Assembly (NCBI GenBank): GCA_937875245.1
Contig: CALNCH010000036.1
Location: 6,093-70,092 of the forward strand
Direction of reading: 5' to 3'
Source of the DNA: an uncultured Spirochaetaceae bacterium
GTDB lineage: Bacteria; Spirochaetota; Spirochaetia; Treponematales; Treponemataceae
DNA: 64,000 bases
Below the pieces are notes generated by a model, which was given only the letters and a program-made list of their open reading frames with translations, did no database searches and was not told where the DNA came from. Positions 8,209 to 16,344 of this stretch are shown here, one piece after another (the stretch's first letter is position 1; every line of letters begins with the position of its first letter). The translations under genes were made by a program, and so were the position numbers.

Positions 8209-8569
8209 CGTAGGAGTATTACCAAAGGAATTATCAGACAAACATTTATTGGCTGAGCACAGGGAAATTAAACGTATTCCAAACATGGTAGCATCAGGTA
8301 AAGCCAAGATTGAAGGAATACCAGAAAAATTTACATTAGGTAGGGGGCATGTTAAATTCTTCTACAATAAACTTAGGTACCTCTATTTCAGATATTGCGA
8401 AATACATAAAGAATGTACCAAACGTGGTTTTAATGTAACTGATTATAGTCAAGCCTTTTTTCAGGAATTTCCTAATCATAAACAACTCTGGAAAGATTAT
8501 AAGGAAAAACCTGAGGATAGAGAGATCATTTTACAAAGAATAAATGAGAGATTAACGGGTGTTAAATAA
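8195..8569 (+). CDS. denV: pyrimidine-dimer DNA glycosylase / AP lyase (T4 endonuclease V family)
   Basis: MTRINVGVLPKELSDKHLLAEHREIKRIP...GRGHVKFFYNKLRYL...CTKRGFNV parallels T4 EndoV [28 protein letters not shown]...GAGHVTFFYDKLEFL...CLKRGFNI. The track ORF starts at 8168, but I chose the MTRIN start because the family uses the N-terminal Thr2 amine as nucleophile. Confidence 0.85.
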   Translation: MTRINVGVLPKELSDKHLLAEHREIKRIPNMVASGKAKIEGIPEKFTLGRGHVKFFYNKLRYLYFRYCEIHKECTKRGFNVTDYSQAFFQEFPNHKQLWKDYKEKPEDREIILQRINERLTGVK

Positions 8570-8582
8570 TTATGTATATTTG
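8557..8582 (+). promoter_or_regulatory. early promoter cassette copy 5 (inside denV 3' end)
   Basis: GGGTGTT, N11, then TATATTTG (8575-8582), followed by leader TTTAAATAATAAAAATAAG. ATG at 8606. Confidence 0.55.
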
Positions 8583-8605
8583 TTTAAATAATAAAAATAA
8601 GAATT

Positions 8606-8809
8606 ATGAGCAAAACACAATTAAACAAGGAAGCACAAAGCCTGATGGATTACTTAGTAAACACAGGAATGTATGACTTATCAAAAGTCAATGTATCATT
8701 AATAGAAGAATGGTTATCAGAACAGGATGCTGGTACACCAGTAAAACAAATTAAAGCTAATCTGGAGGATTACCTTCAATCACAAGGATTAGTAGAAGTA
8801 AGGCTATAA
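8606..8809 (+). CDS. hypothetical protein
   Basis: 67-aa ORF 23 nt after the -7 box. Confidence 0.65.
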   Translation: MSKTQLNKEAQSLMDYLVNTGMYDLSKVNVSLIEEWLSEQDAGTPVKQIKANLEDYLQSQGLVEVRL

Positions 8810-8810
8810 C

Positions 8811-9230
8811 ATGAAAGGAGCAAAGCTATTCTTATATATAAGCATAGGATTATTATTTACAGCCTCTGCTTATCAATTGTTCAAAGGAGACAAAGAGCCT
8901 GACTTTGAACACATACCAAATCCTGAAAAGGTAGAAGGTAAAATACCGGTAGGATATGATTACAGTAGTAAGTCATACATTTACAAAGACGACCCTAATT
9001 ATAAGAGGGAACCTAAGTTTGAATCATTCATAGATATACCGCCACCACAACCAATAAGGGCTACTAATATATCTGATGAAGAGATTAGGATGTTAAGAGA
9101 AATACGTTCATATAAAGGAGATGGTTCTTATATCTATACTCCAGGCAGAAGAGTAAAGTCTAGAGAAAGAGAAATGCAGGACTATATCGAGGATAACATT
9201 GATGAAATATTAGAAAACCATACGCCATGA
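8811..9230 (+). CDS. membrane-anchored hypothetical protein
   Basis: 139 aa. N-terminal TM helix LFLYISIGLLFTASAYQLF. Confidence 0.7.
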   Translation: MKGAKLFLYISIGLLFTASAYQLFKGDKEPDFEHIPNPEKVEGKIPVGYDYSSKSYIYKDDPNYKREPKFESFIDIPPPQPIRATNISDEEIRMLREIRSYKGDGSYIYTPGRRVKSREREMQDYIEDNIDEILENHTP

Positions 9231-9391
9231 GTAAGAAGAAGAAAAAAAGTAAATGGGATAAAATGACTACCTTACAAAGGTTATTCCATTTTCATACCTG
9301 GAAAGCTGATAACTGCGACACAATGTATAGTACAGCCAGAAAATGTATTACATGTGGTAAAAGAGAAGTTGATCATGATGTCTATTGTTAG
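9227..9391 (+). CDS. small Cys-rich protein (54 aa)
   Basis: Not in the track. ATGA overlap with the previous stop. MSKKKKKSKWDKMTTLQRLFHFHTWKADNCDTMYSTARKCITCGKREVDHDVYC. Followed directly by a terminator. Confidence 0.5.
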   Translation: MSKKKKKSKWDKMTTLQRLFHFHTWKADNCDTMYSTARKCITCGKREVDHDVYC

Positions 9392-9413
9392 GTAGTCATA
9401 AAAAAGCTTATAA

Positions 9414-9448
9414 AAAGTGAACATTGGGTATATCTTAGTGTTCACTTT
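9414..9448 (+). terminator. rho-independent terminator (stem shared with 11963 copy)
   Basis: AAAGTGAACA-N15-TGTTCACTTT followed by a T-run. Confidence 0.75.
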
Positions 9449-9462
9449 ATTTTTTATATTTG
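9436..9462 (+). promoter_or_regulatory. early promoter cassette copy 6
   Basis: TAGTGTT (9436-9442, part of the terminator 3' arm), N12, then TATATTTG (9455-9462). The 29-nt TATATTTGTATAAGAATTAAAAATAATAA is identical to 13340-13368. ATG at 9488. Confidence 0.65.
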
Positions 9463-9487
9463 TATAAGAATTAAAAATAATAATTAT

Positions 9488-9823
9488 ATGAATAAGCTAG
9501 AAACATTATCAGAAGAAGTAGAGAAACAAATAGCAATTCTAAAAGAATGCTATAGACATATAGAGGAATTACTCAATGAAAATCCTCAGATAAAAACTCT
9601 ATCATTTAAACTAGACCTAATAAATGATGACTCTGACCATATAACCTATATTTCAGAATTAGAAGTCAATGGGGATATTACCACATTTGAAGATGATGAT
9701 TTTGATGATTACATGGATGAATACGGTGATCTATCTATATCTATACCAGTAGGTATGATAGGGGATAACCTTAAAATCATATATGAAAGTCAATGTGGAA
9801 TAGAAATAACCTTAAAAGAATAG
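9488..9823 (+). CDS. hypothetical acidic protein
   Basis: 111-aa ORF downstream of promoter copy 6. Confidence 0.7.
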   Translation: MNKLETLSEEVEKQIAILKECYRHIEELLNENPQIKTLSFKLDLINDDSDHITYISELEVNGDITTFEDDDFDDYMDEYGDLSISIPVGMIGDNLKIIYESQCGIEITLKE

Positions 9824-9826
9824 ATT

Positions 9827-9994
9827 ATGATAGGAGTATTAAAAGCAGTAGAACCTCAAAGAGAAGTAACTGCAGAAGGTTTCTTTAGTTGGTATTTTGA
9901 TAAAATCCAATCACCAATAGCCGTACTACCTAACACTTATGAATTAATTTTAAATAAGTTTAACCCTAATACTAAGCAAAATGACAGTAAGTGA
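9827..9994 (+). CDS. hypothetical small protein (55 aa)
   Basis: Not in the track. ATG 3 nt after the previous stop. MIGVLKAVEPQREVTAEGFFSWYFDKIQSPIAVLPNTYELILNKFNPNTKQNDSK. Fills an otherwise empty 157-nt gap. Confidence 0.45.
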   Translation: MIGVLKAVEPQREVTAEGFFSWYFDKIQSPIAVLPNTYELILNKFNPNTKQNDSK

Positions 9995-10208
9995 AATGAT
10001 AGAATACCTATCAGATTTTGATGGGGATAAGGAAGTATTCTTCTTACATCCATCACATGATCACTGGAGAACAGAATTAGCCTCACCGGTAGAAAATGTT
10101 GAACCCGGCTATATTAAACATTCAACTTATCATCAACAGAACCAAGTAATCAGAGATGAGAATGATTACCCAGATGATGAAGATGATACAGTAATCTTAA
10201 TTTCTTAA
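9981..10208 (+). CDS. hypothetical protein
   Basis: 75-aa ATG ORF. Confidence 0.6.
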   Translation: MTVSEMIEYLSDFDGDKEVFFLHPSHDHWRTELASPVENVEPGYIKHSTYHQQNQVIRDENDYPDDEDDTVILIS

Positions 10209-10210
10209 TC

Positions 10211-10435
10211 ATGGCAAAGAAGAAACCAGAATCATCAGAAAGACATAGCACTAAGTATTTTAAATACGTAGATAGCTTAGCAGCATTCCTGGATACTAAT
10301 CCCCAATTAAAACTAATAGCCTTTTCATCAGTAGGAAAGTTTGATAATAATGGTGAAGGCTATCATGGGATATTCAAGGAAAAGAAAAAGATTAAAAAAG
10401 CTCCTATCAAGGTAAAAAAAGCTAAAAAACTGTAA
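10211..10435 (+). CDS. Lys-rich hypothetical protein
   Basis: 74 aa. C-terminus KEKKKIKKAPIKVKKAKKL. Confidence 0.65.
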   Translation: MAKKKPESSERHSTKYFKYVDSLAAFLDTNPQLKLIAFSSVGKFDNNGEGYHGIFKEKKKIKKAPIKVKKAKKL

Positions 10436-10438
10436 ACT

Positions 10439-10465
10439 TAGTGTTTACTTTTATTCATATATTTG
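10439..10465 (+). promoter_or_regulatory. early promoter cassette copy 7
   Basis: TAGTGTT (10439-10445, within the small hairpin GTAAAC-ttagt-GTTTAC), N12, then TATATTTG (10458-10465). ATG at 10500. Confidence 0.6.
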
Positions 10466-10499
10466 TAATATAAATAATTAAGTAATAAAAATAAAAATT

Positions 10500-10901
10500 A
10501 TGAACACAAAAGCAAAAAACCCAGAAAAAGCTAACGAAGAAGGTACAGTAATCGTTAAAGCTAAAAAAAGAACTCCAATCAACAAAGTTACTAAAGCAAC
10601 AGTACAGGAGCAAAAGAAATCGGTAAAATCAAAACAAACAGCCGAAAAGAAAACCACCGATGATAAGAATATCAAGGACACGGTAAAGACAATAGTAACC
10701 CAGGAAAGAGACCTATTCTATAAATACCCGGAGGATATTGATAATCCACTAGACAGAAAGAAATGGAGACAGGCAACCAGAAATAAAATGAGAGCCTTCG
10801 AAAGAAACCTTTCTAAAGTAGAAGACACTGAGTCTAAGGAATACCGTAAATTAGATAAAGAGTACAAAGCTTACCGTAAGGAGGTCCTAATGGTACCCTA
10901 A
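10500..10901 (+). CDS. Lys-rich protein
   Basis: 133 aa. Contains YKYPEDIDNPLDRKKWR, the motif shared with the 3388-3996 product. Confidence 0.75.
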   Translation: MNTKAKNPEKANEEGTVIVKAKKRTPINKVTKATVQEQKKSVKSKQTAEKKTTDDKNIKDTVKTIVTQERDLFYKYPEDIDNPLDRKKWRQATRNKMRAFERNLSKVEDTESKEYRKLDKEYKAYRKEVLMVP

Positions 10902-10917
10902 AACATTTACTCACATA

Positions 10918-10960
10918 GATAAAGCCTTTTAGCTATTATACTATCAGGCTTTATCTTTTT
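10918..10960 (+). terminator. rho-independent terminator
   Basis: GATAAAGCCT-N18-AGGCTTTATC followed by TTTTT. Confidence 0.75.
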
Positions 10961-10967
10961 AACATTA

Positions 10968-11576
10968 ATGATAATGGCAATATCAGGAACAGATAACATC
11001 TACAATGATTTCATAATCATGGCAGATCATTTAGTAGGTATCAAAATATTAGACCCTAATGAAATATCACCAATGGGTCCTGGTACTATAAATGAATGGG
11101 CTTTCATTAAGATACTTAACAAGGTAGCTGATACCTTTGTAGAATATGAAAAGCCAAGGGATAAGATCAAATATGGTATGATGTGGATGTCAGCCGATTT
11201 AAAATTTCATACAGACATATATGAAGCAAACCTAGTCCCATTAGATGAATTTAAGGTTTTAATCCTAGCACCAATTAATCCTTATGCAAAGGAGATATTC
11301 GAAGTATATAATCCAAATGGTATTCACACCAGTAATCTATTGGAAATGCTTTACACTGCATCAAATTACAATGAAGTTATCAATCGCCTGGTAAACCAAC
11401 TCAAATTACCTTTGGATGATGCAATAGAGTATGTTAGACTTACATTATTCCATCCACATCAAATGGTTACACCAAGTAGCGAATCATTGGGCTATAGTTT
11501 AGAAAATGGAATAACATTATCCATGCTATTTCTATATAGGTTAATAGATTTTAAAACATTTTTACAACATGATTAA
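10968..11576 (+). CDS. hypothetical protein
   Basis: 202-aa ORF after the terminator. Confidence 0.7.
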   Translation: MIMAISGTDNIYNDFIIMADHLVGIKILDPNEISPMGPGTINEWAFIKILNKVADTFVEYEKPRDKIKYGMMWMSADLKFHTDIYEANLVPLDEFKVLILAPINPYAKEIFEVYNPNGIHTSNLLEMLYTASNYNEVINRLVNQLKLPLDDAIEYVRLTLFHPHQMVTPSSESLGYSLENGITLSMLFLYRLIDFKTFLQHD

Positions 11577-11784
11577 ACCAACATTTACAGAACGGCTAAA
11601 AGCCATGTGGGGGATATTGATAACATTAGCGTTATCTTTATTCCTAAATGCATTTGCATTAATTATCTTTATCATTGTTCTTATTCCGGTACTATGCTCC
11701 GGGACTATTGCGAACATGTACATTAAATTTTTTATCACAATTTGGAACAGGAGAAATGGAAAAAAACAAGAAAGTGAAGCATAA
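11569..11784 (+). CDS. small membrane protein
   Basis: 71 aa with two TM helices (WGILITLALSLFLNAFALIIFIIVLIPVL...). Confidence 0.6.
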   Translation: MIKPTFTERLKAMWGILITLALSLFLNAFALIIFIIVLIPVLCSGTIANMYIKFFITIWNRRNGKKQESEA

Positions 11785-11959
11785 GTGCCATTGGTCTAAA
11801 TATGGTTTCAAGCAATTCACAGTACCTGACAAAGAGTCAGTAAAAATTTACTTTGAAGGAAATATAGAAGATATTCCTGATGAGATACTAGCACTAGCCC
11901 ATATTACACGAAAGGCTCTTCAGGATAACAACGTTAAATTTATTAATATTTGGGGATAA
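11756..11959 (+). CDS. hypothetical protein (67 aa)
   Basis: The track ORF 11675-11959 begins at a TTG. I prefer the in-frame ATG at 11756 (MEKNKKVKHKCHW...), preceded by GGAGAA. Confidence 0.55.
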   Translation: MEKNKKVKHKCHWSKYGFKQFTVPDKESVKIYFEGNIEDIPDEILALAHITRKALQDNNVKFINIWG

Positions 11960-11962
11960 ATA

Positions 11963-11998
11963 AAAAGTGAACATCAGTTAATTCTAGTGTTCACTTTT
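11963..11998 (+). terminator. rho-independent terminator (stem shared with 9414 copy)
   Basis: AAAAGTGAACA-N14-TGTTCACTTTT. Confidence 0.75.
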
Positions 11999-12011
11999 AT
12001 TATTATATTTG
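11985..12011 (+). promoter_or_regulatory. early promoter cassette copy 8
   Basis: TAGTGTT (11985-11991), N12, then TATATTTG (12004-12011), followed by leader TCTTATAAATAATAAATAAAAA. ATG at 12043. Confidence 0.65.
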
Positions 12012-12042
12012 TCTTATAAATAATAAATAAAAATTTAAAATC

Positions 12043-12876
12043 ATGAACACAGAAGAACAAACATCTAACGGCCCAAAACACAGAGGACCAGGCAGTAGAG
12101 GAGGTATGATGGTACCAAACAAATACTTAGACCCTAAAGATTACAGCCGATACTCATTCACCTCAGAATTTCTATCATCAGCAGAAGAGATTATAGAAAG
12201 TATAGAATGTTTAGAAACTTACTTTCACAGTAAAGATCAAACTGGCATCATAGAAATGTTAGTTAAAGCATCATCTAATAACAGAGAACACATGGAAATT
12301 CAATTAGTGGCTCTACTATTAGATATCGGTACTGATATGGCATTCGGATTACCTATGATCATATCCAGGCCTTCTTTAAACATTCCAATTAGGCAAGCAT
12401 TCATTGACTCTGCATTTACATTAGCTAATGGTAGTAGTACATTACACCAATATATTGAAGCTAGGTTAATAAAACAACATTTATCAATAGAGGCTACTGC
12501 TATTAGAGAAATCCTATCAAGTGGACTAAGGAGTTATATCAGGGATACACATTTTGAATATGATACTTTAGAAACATTATTAAAACATTTACAATACTTA
12601 TATGATACTGTAGATGAGGATGAATTAACAGAAGATGAAATGTCAATATACTCCGGTAATATCATAGAAAGAATTGATAAAGTTCACCCAAGATTTAACT
12701 CAGAATTTGTAGGAATGATAGAAACTACTTGGGAGTTCTATAATATAAGAAAACACATTGATTTGGGTCCTTATATGCATGGAGAAAAACTAGAAAATAG
12801 CGATAACGCTCATAATGTAATTCACGGATACTTAAGATTATGGCACAAGGAGGATACTTCACCAAAGGATATATAG
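12043..12876 (+). CDS. hypothetical protein
   Basis: 277-aa ORF downstream of promoter copy 8. Confidence 0.75.
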   Translation: MNTEEQTSNGPKHRGPGSRGGMMVPNKYLDPKDYSRYSFTSEFLSSAEEIIESIECLETYFHSKDQTGIIEMLVKASSNNREHMEIQLVALLLDIGTDMAFGLPMIISRPSLNIPIRQAFIDSAFTLANGSSTLHQYIEARLIKQHLSIEATAIREILSSGLRSYIRDTHFEYDTLETLLKHLQYLYDTVDEDELTEDEMSIYSGNIIERIDKVHPRFNSEFVGMIETTWEFYNIRKHIDLGPYMHGEKLENSDNAHNVIHGYLRLWHKEDTSPKDI

Positions 12877-13256
12877 CAGAACTAGAAGAACTGGAAAGGG
12901 GTTCAAAATGGGCCCCAACCCATGGTTTCTGCCAGAACTTCTCAAATAGATTTGAAGAGGCTCAAAGAGTACTAAATGCAATGTACCTAAAGAATGGTGC
13001 TACTGCTATAATTAATCTCAATGATGATGCACAGGAGCAATATAATATAGTTGGAATAGAACCTGTAATCATAGACCTATCATATACTTGGGCTTTGTTC
13101 AATAACTATTCAGATAATGCTAGGATGGAGGATTTCTTTGAAAAGATAGCATTACAGGAATGGGTAAAGATAAATACCTATTTACATAGTTCAGATAAAG
13201 CTGATTTAGGTATGGTAATCACAGAACTAATAGGTATCTCAGAAGCGATGGTCTAG
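12840..13256 (+). CDS. hypothetical protein
   Basis: 138-aa ATG ORF overlapping the previous gene by 37 nt. Confidence 0.65.
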   Translation: MAQGGYFTKGYIAELEELERGSKWAPTHGFCQNFSNRFEEAQRVLNAMYLKNGATAIINLNDDAQEQYNIVGIEPVIIDLSYTWALFNNYSDNARMEDFFEKIALQEWVKINTYLHSSDKADLGMVITELIGISEAMV

Positions 13257-13282
13257 TTAAAATTTAATAGATTTAATAAAGT

Positions 13283-13322
13283 TACTCCTAGAACTAAAGA
13301 AGTTTACTCTAGGAGTATTTTT
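13283..13322 (+). terminator. rho-independent terminator
   Basis: TACTCCTAG-N17-CTAGGAGTA followed by TTTTT. Confidence 0.7.
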
Positions 13323-13347
13323 GTGTACACAATTTATATTATATTTG
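13322..13347 (+). promoter_or_regulatory. early promoter cassette copy 9
   Basis: TGTGTAC, N11, then TATATTTG (13340-13347). ATG at 13373. Confidence 0.6.
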
Positions 13348-13372
13348 TATAAGAATTAAAAATAATAAAATT

Positions 13373-13567
13373 ATGATTTTACAAATACAATTATCCCCAC
13401 TGGATATAGAAAGAATTACAGATTGCATTCAGTTTGTAATAGACAATGCAAATCAGGATGAATTCGATAACATTATCCTAAATCAATTCGAAACAATTGA
13501 TCCACAGGAATTAGAAACTCTTAAAGAAGGCTTAATGGAACAAGCCGGAGATGAATACGATCAATAA
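13373..13567 (+). CDS. hypothetical acidic protein
   Basis: 64-aa ORF 25 nt after the -7 box. Confidence 0.65.
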   Translation: MILQIQLSPLDIERITDCIQFVIDNANQDEFDNIILNQFETIDPQELETLKEGLMEQAGDEYDQ

Positions 13568-13587
13568 CAAACTAAATACCAATAAGA

Positions 13588-14346
13588 ATGAAAGCTATCA
13601 GATTATCAATTGAACAAGTAGACTACATTACAATTTCAGCACAACATGCAACTGAAATGTTCGATACAAAAATAAACCTATATCTAGAAAAGGGTTGGAG
13701 AAAACACCAAGATCAACCAGATAATAAAGGTAATGGTTTCAAAGTTAACCTCTATAAACCTGGATACCAGATAATGAGGGCTTTAGCTGAAGGGGAGAAT
13801 ATAAATGAGTATGATGAATTTATTCATGCTTTCATTAAGGAAAAGCATCCGGGATTTACACCAATCCTATCAAGGTCTGAAAATAAAGAGCATTTGGAAA
13901 TAGTTCTCCTAAAAAGTTCAATAGAGGTAGGTCTTCAAATAAACTTACCTGAGGATTATGATAAATTCCAAAAGATAGTAAAACAGTCTTTTCAAAAGTT
14001 AGATAATACATATCAAAGTATGGGAATGGACTTCGGATCAAAAGATGAGGGGTTCGATTTAACCATCTCTAAGGAAGGTAATAATTATAAAGTAAAGCCT
14101 AAAGTATTTGATAAACCTGATCAGATTAAAGAGGATTTTGTATCAGAGGATAAACATCTTGAAGGTAAATCAAAATACATCTATTTTGAAGATGGGGACT
14201 CAGCAGAAGTTGCCCAATGGGCTAATCAAAGATTTAAAGAAGGTTACAGATTAATAGGTGGCATAAGCCCTAAATTATTTGCTGGAGAGTCACACATGCC
14301 TTTATTCATATATCACGCAACAATGGTTTACGATGAAACAGTTTAA
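13588..14346 (+). CDS. hypothetical protein with DUF1737-like modules at both ends
   Basis: 252 aa. N-terminus ...FDTKINLYLEKGWRKH; C-terminus ...VAQWANQRFKEGYRLIGGISP...IYHATMVY. Both fit the pattern vn..l.eGW/Y.p.GG. Confidence 0.7.
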   Translation: MKAIRLSIEQVDYITISAQHATEMFDTKINLYLEKGWRKHQDQPDNKGNGFKVNLYKPGYQIMRALAEGENINEYDEFIHAFIKEKHPGFTPILSRSENKEHLEIVLLKSSIEVGLQINLPEDYDKFQKIVKQSFQKLDNTYQSMGMDFGSKDEGFDLTISKEGNNYKVKPKVFDKPDQIKEDFVSEDKHLEGKSKYIYFEDGDSAEVAQWANQRFKEGYRLIGGISPKLFAGESHMPLFIYHATMVYDETV

Positions 14347-14353
14347 ATCAAAC

Positions 14354-14449
14354 ATGAATGATATTCTATACCTAATGAGGATATCAATGTATATACTAAT
14401 ATTACTAATCATCAGCATGGTAATCCTATTAATAACATTATTTACATAA
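14354..14449 (+). CDS. possible 31-aa hydrophobic peptide
   Basis: MNDILYLMRISMYILILLIISMVILLITLFT, between a gene end and a terminator. Very short, so weakly supported. Confidence 0.3.
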   Translation: MNDILYLMRISMYILILLIISMVILLITLFT

Positions 14450-14457
14450 ATTTTAAA

Positions 14458-14490
14458 ACTGGGTGTATAAAGTGTATACCCAGTGTTTTT
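14458..14490 (+). terminator. rho-independent terminator
   Basis: ACTGGGTGTATA-aag-TGTATACCCAGT (12 bp including 2 G-U pairs) followed by GTTTTT. Confidence 0.7.
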
Positions 14491-14506
14491 ATTATTTGTA
14501 TATTTG
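14481..14506 (+). promoter_or_regulatory. early promoter cassette copy 10
   Basis: CAGTGTT (14481-14487), N11, then TATATTTG (14499-14506). ATG at 14531. Confidence 0.6.
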
Positions 14507-14530
14507 AATATAATTAAAAAATAAAATAAT

Positions 14531-14845
14531 ATGATACTTACAGGAGAACAATATAACGTACAAGATATCCCAGAAGCAATGGATTTCCTAAATACCCTTA
14601 TAAAAACAGTACAGGATGAATGTTACATGGAACTAAAAGCTATCAGTTCTATAGATTTCAAAGAGATAGGATTTGGCCAACATATATTAATATTCGAAGA
14701 TCCTAATCCAGAACATGACGAAGCTTATACAGCAGAGAATGTAAAAGATTACATTGATGAAGAACTTAATGATGGCTTCTTTGAAACAACATCTCAACAA
14801 TTTGGACCTTCAACAATTATAATCACTTTAACATATTCTCATTAA
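14531..14845 (+). CDS. hypothetical acidic protein
   Basis: 104-aa ORF. Confidence 0.7.
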   Translation: MILTGEQYNVQDIPEAMDFLNTLIKTVQDECYMELKAISSIDFKEIGFGQHILIFEDPNPEHDEAYTAENVKDYIDEELNDGFFETTSQQFGPSTIIITLTYSH

Positions 14846-15067
14846 ATGGCAACAAAGCTCATATCATTAGCAAAGCTACGAAATTTACGTTTACATGATC
14901 CGAGAGATACACCAATCAAAACCGATCTCATCGAAACAATTTCGCAAGGCAAGGAGATTAAATCCTTAATCAGTAAAAAGACCGGAGAACCCAAGAACAA
15001 AAAGTATTCAAAACAACAACTAGAATCCTTTCTAAATCATTACGAAATCTATACTTCTAAGGATTAA
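14846..15067 (+). CDS. hypothetical protein
   Basis: 73-aa ORF. Its ATG directly abuts the previous TAA. Confidence 0.65.
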   Translation: MATKLISLAKLRNLRLHDPRDTPIKTDLIETISQGKEIKSLISKKTGEPKNKKYSKQQLESFLNHYEIYTSKD

Positions 15068-15090
15068 AAAAAGTTAAAACTAGAGAACCT

Positions 15091-15117
15091 TAGGTGTTAT
15101 ATTAATTTATATATTTG
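15091..15117 (+). promoter_or_regulatory. early promoter cassette copy 11
   Basis: TAGGTGTT (15091-15098), N11, then TATATTTG (15110-15117). ATG at 15144. Confidence 0.6.
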
Positions 15118-15143
15118 TATTATAATAATTAAATAATAAATAT

Positions 15144-15464
15144 ATGAAAACCTATCAAAAACTTTTGAACCTACCAACCGGATTTATCAAGGAAAATATT
15201 CCTCATCACATTTACGAAACCTATTTCTCCCAAACAATCGAAACACAGGAAAACGGTTACATGGAAACTCCAGAAGATATCGCTGACCTAGTACATTTTA
15301 TTAATAACCATTCTAAGGAAATACAGGTATCATTAATTGATCACATTAATGAATCATCTAAACCTTCTTCATCTATAAACTTTGAAGAAACACATTTCTA
15401 TAAACATTTCAGAGAATATTACCCGGCATTGATGGAAACATTACTAATCTGGTATAACGGCTAA
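15144..15464 (+). CDS. hypothetical protein
   Basis: 106-aa ORF. Confidence 0.7.
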   Translation: MKTYQKLLNLPTGFIKENIPHHIYETYFSQTIETQENGYMETPEDIADLVHFINNHSKEIQVSLIDHINESSKPSSSINFEETHFYKHFREYYPALMETLLIWYNG

Positions 15465-15475
15465 AACAGGAAACC

Positions 15476-15721
15476 ATGAACAGACAGCTTCAAGAAATCA
15501 TAAACTTATTCGGAGGTACCTTAATAGAAATCCTTCAGATAACCAAAGGAAACGAAAACCAATGGTTCCTAGAATTTAAAGGAAACATAACACTTTGGTA
15601 CTCAGCAATGAGGAACGCTAAACATTTAGATATCGAAACAAATGTATCACCACAAGAGTATGAACTATGTCCTTTAAGAACATTAGACAACACATCATTC
15701 ATTTGCATAGAATTTAACTAA
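15476..15721 (+). CDS. hypothetical protein
   Basis: 81-aa ORF. Confidence 0.65.
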   Translation: MNRQLQEIINLFGGTLIEILQITKGNENQWFLEFKGNITLWYSAMRNAKHLDIETNVSPQEYELCPLRTLDNTSFICIEFN

Positions 15722-15737
15722 TTACATAAACTACACA

Positions 15738-15905
15738 ATGGCAGATAACACAGAAAGAACAGGAAAAGATATCCTTACCGAACTAGAGGCTCTACAAGGA
15801 TTATTCAATGCATATGGCTTTGACTTCTCAAGGATATCGATCCTAGACGCAATAGCCCTAAATACCAAAATCCGAGAACTAGTAGAAAACTCACTAATAA
15901 AATAA
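15738..15905 (+). CDS. hypothetical small protein (55 aa)
   Basis: Not in the track. MADNTERTGKDILTELEALQGLFNAYGFDFSRISILDAIALNTKIRELVENSLIK. It fits the co-directional packing (ends 4 nt before the next ATG). I prefer it over the antisense track ORF 15731-15919. Confidence 0.55.
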   Translation: MADNTERTGKDILTELEALQGLFNAYGFDFSRISILDAIALNTKIRELVENSLIK

Positions 15906-15909
15906 TACC

Positions 15910-16332
15910 ATGAGTACATTTAAAACAGACCCTTTATCAATATTAACGTTCGATAAAATAAAGGATATCGAAATCAATGACAACCTCTTAGCATTAGTAT
16001 TACTAAGAGCAACCATCAACCTAATCCTTGAATTAGGAGAACATGAACATCAGGGAGACTGGGAGCCTTATCTAATAATCCAACTCAATGATGGATCAGA
16101 GATCAAGAGCACACCGGGATATGCCAGATTATATTTCGAATTCGATGGGGATAAAACATCACCAATGCAATTAAACCCTTTTGAAAACCATAAATTAATC
16201 ACGGGTATCGGAATAATAACTGAACATTTCTTTACAGGAATAGAAATACACTTTTTCCCTATCACTAGAGGAGGAAAACCTTATATCAAATCAATTACCC
16301 TAGCAGATAAAGAAAAGGAAACCAATGATTAA
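15910..16332 (+). CDS. hypothetical protein
   Basis: 140-aa ORF. Confidence 0.7.
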   Translation: MSTFKTDPLSILTFDKIKDIEINDNLLALVLLRATINLILELGEHEHQGDWEPYLIIQLNDGSEIKSTPGYARLYFEFDGDKTSPMQLNPFENHKLITGIGIITEHFFTGIEIHFFPITRGGKPYIKSITLADKEKETND

Positions 16333-16344
16333 TACAATAATACC

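Noticed and set aside
12840-12876. Programmed frameshift joining 12043-12876 and 12840-13256
   Set aside because: The 37-nt overlap contains no slippery heptamer, and the second ORF has its own ATG. An ordinary gene overlap is the simpler explanation.
15731-15919. 62-aa minus-strand track ORF
   Set aside because: A plus-strand 55-aa ORF (15738-15905) fits the co-directional, tightly spaced gene array better. The minus-strand ORF would be an isolated antisense gene with no signals.
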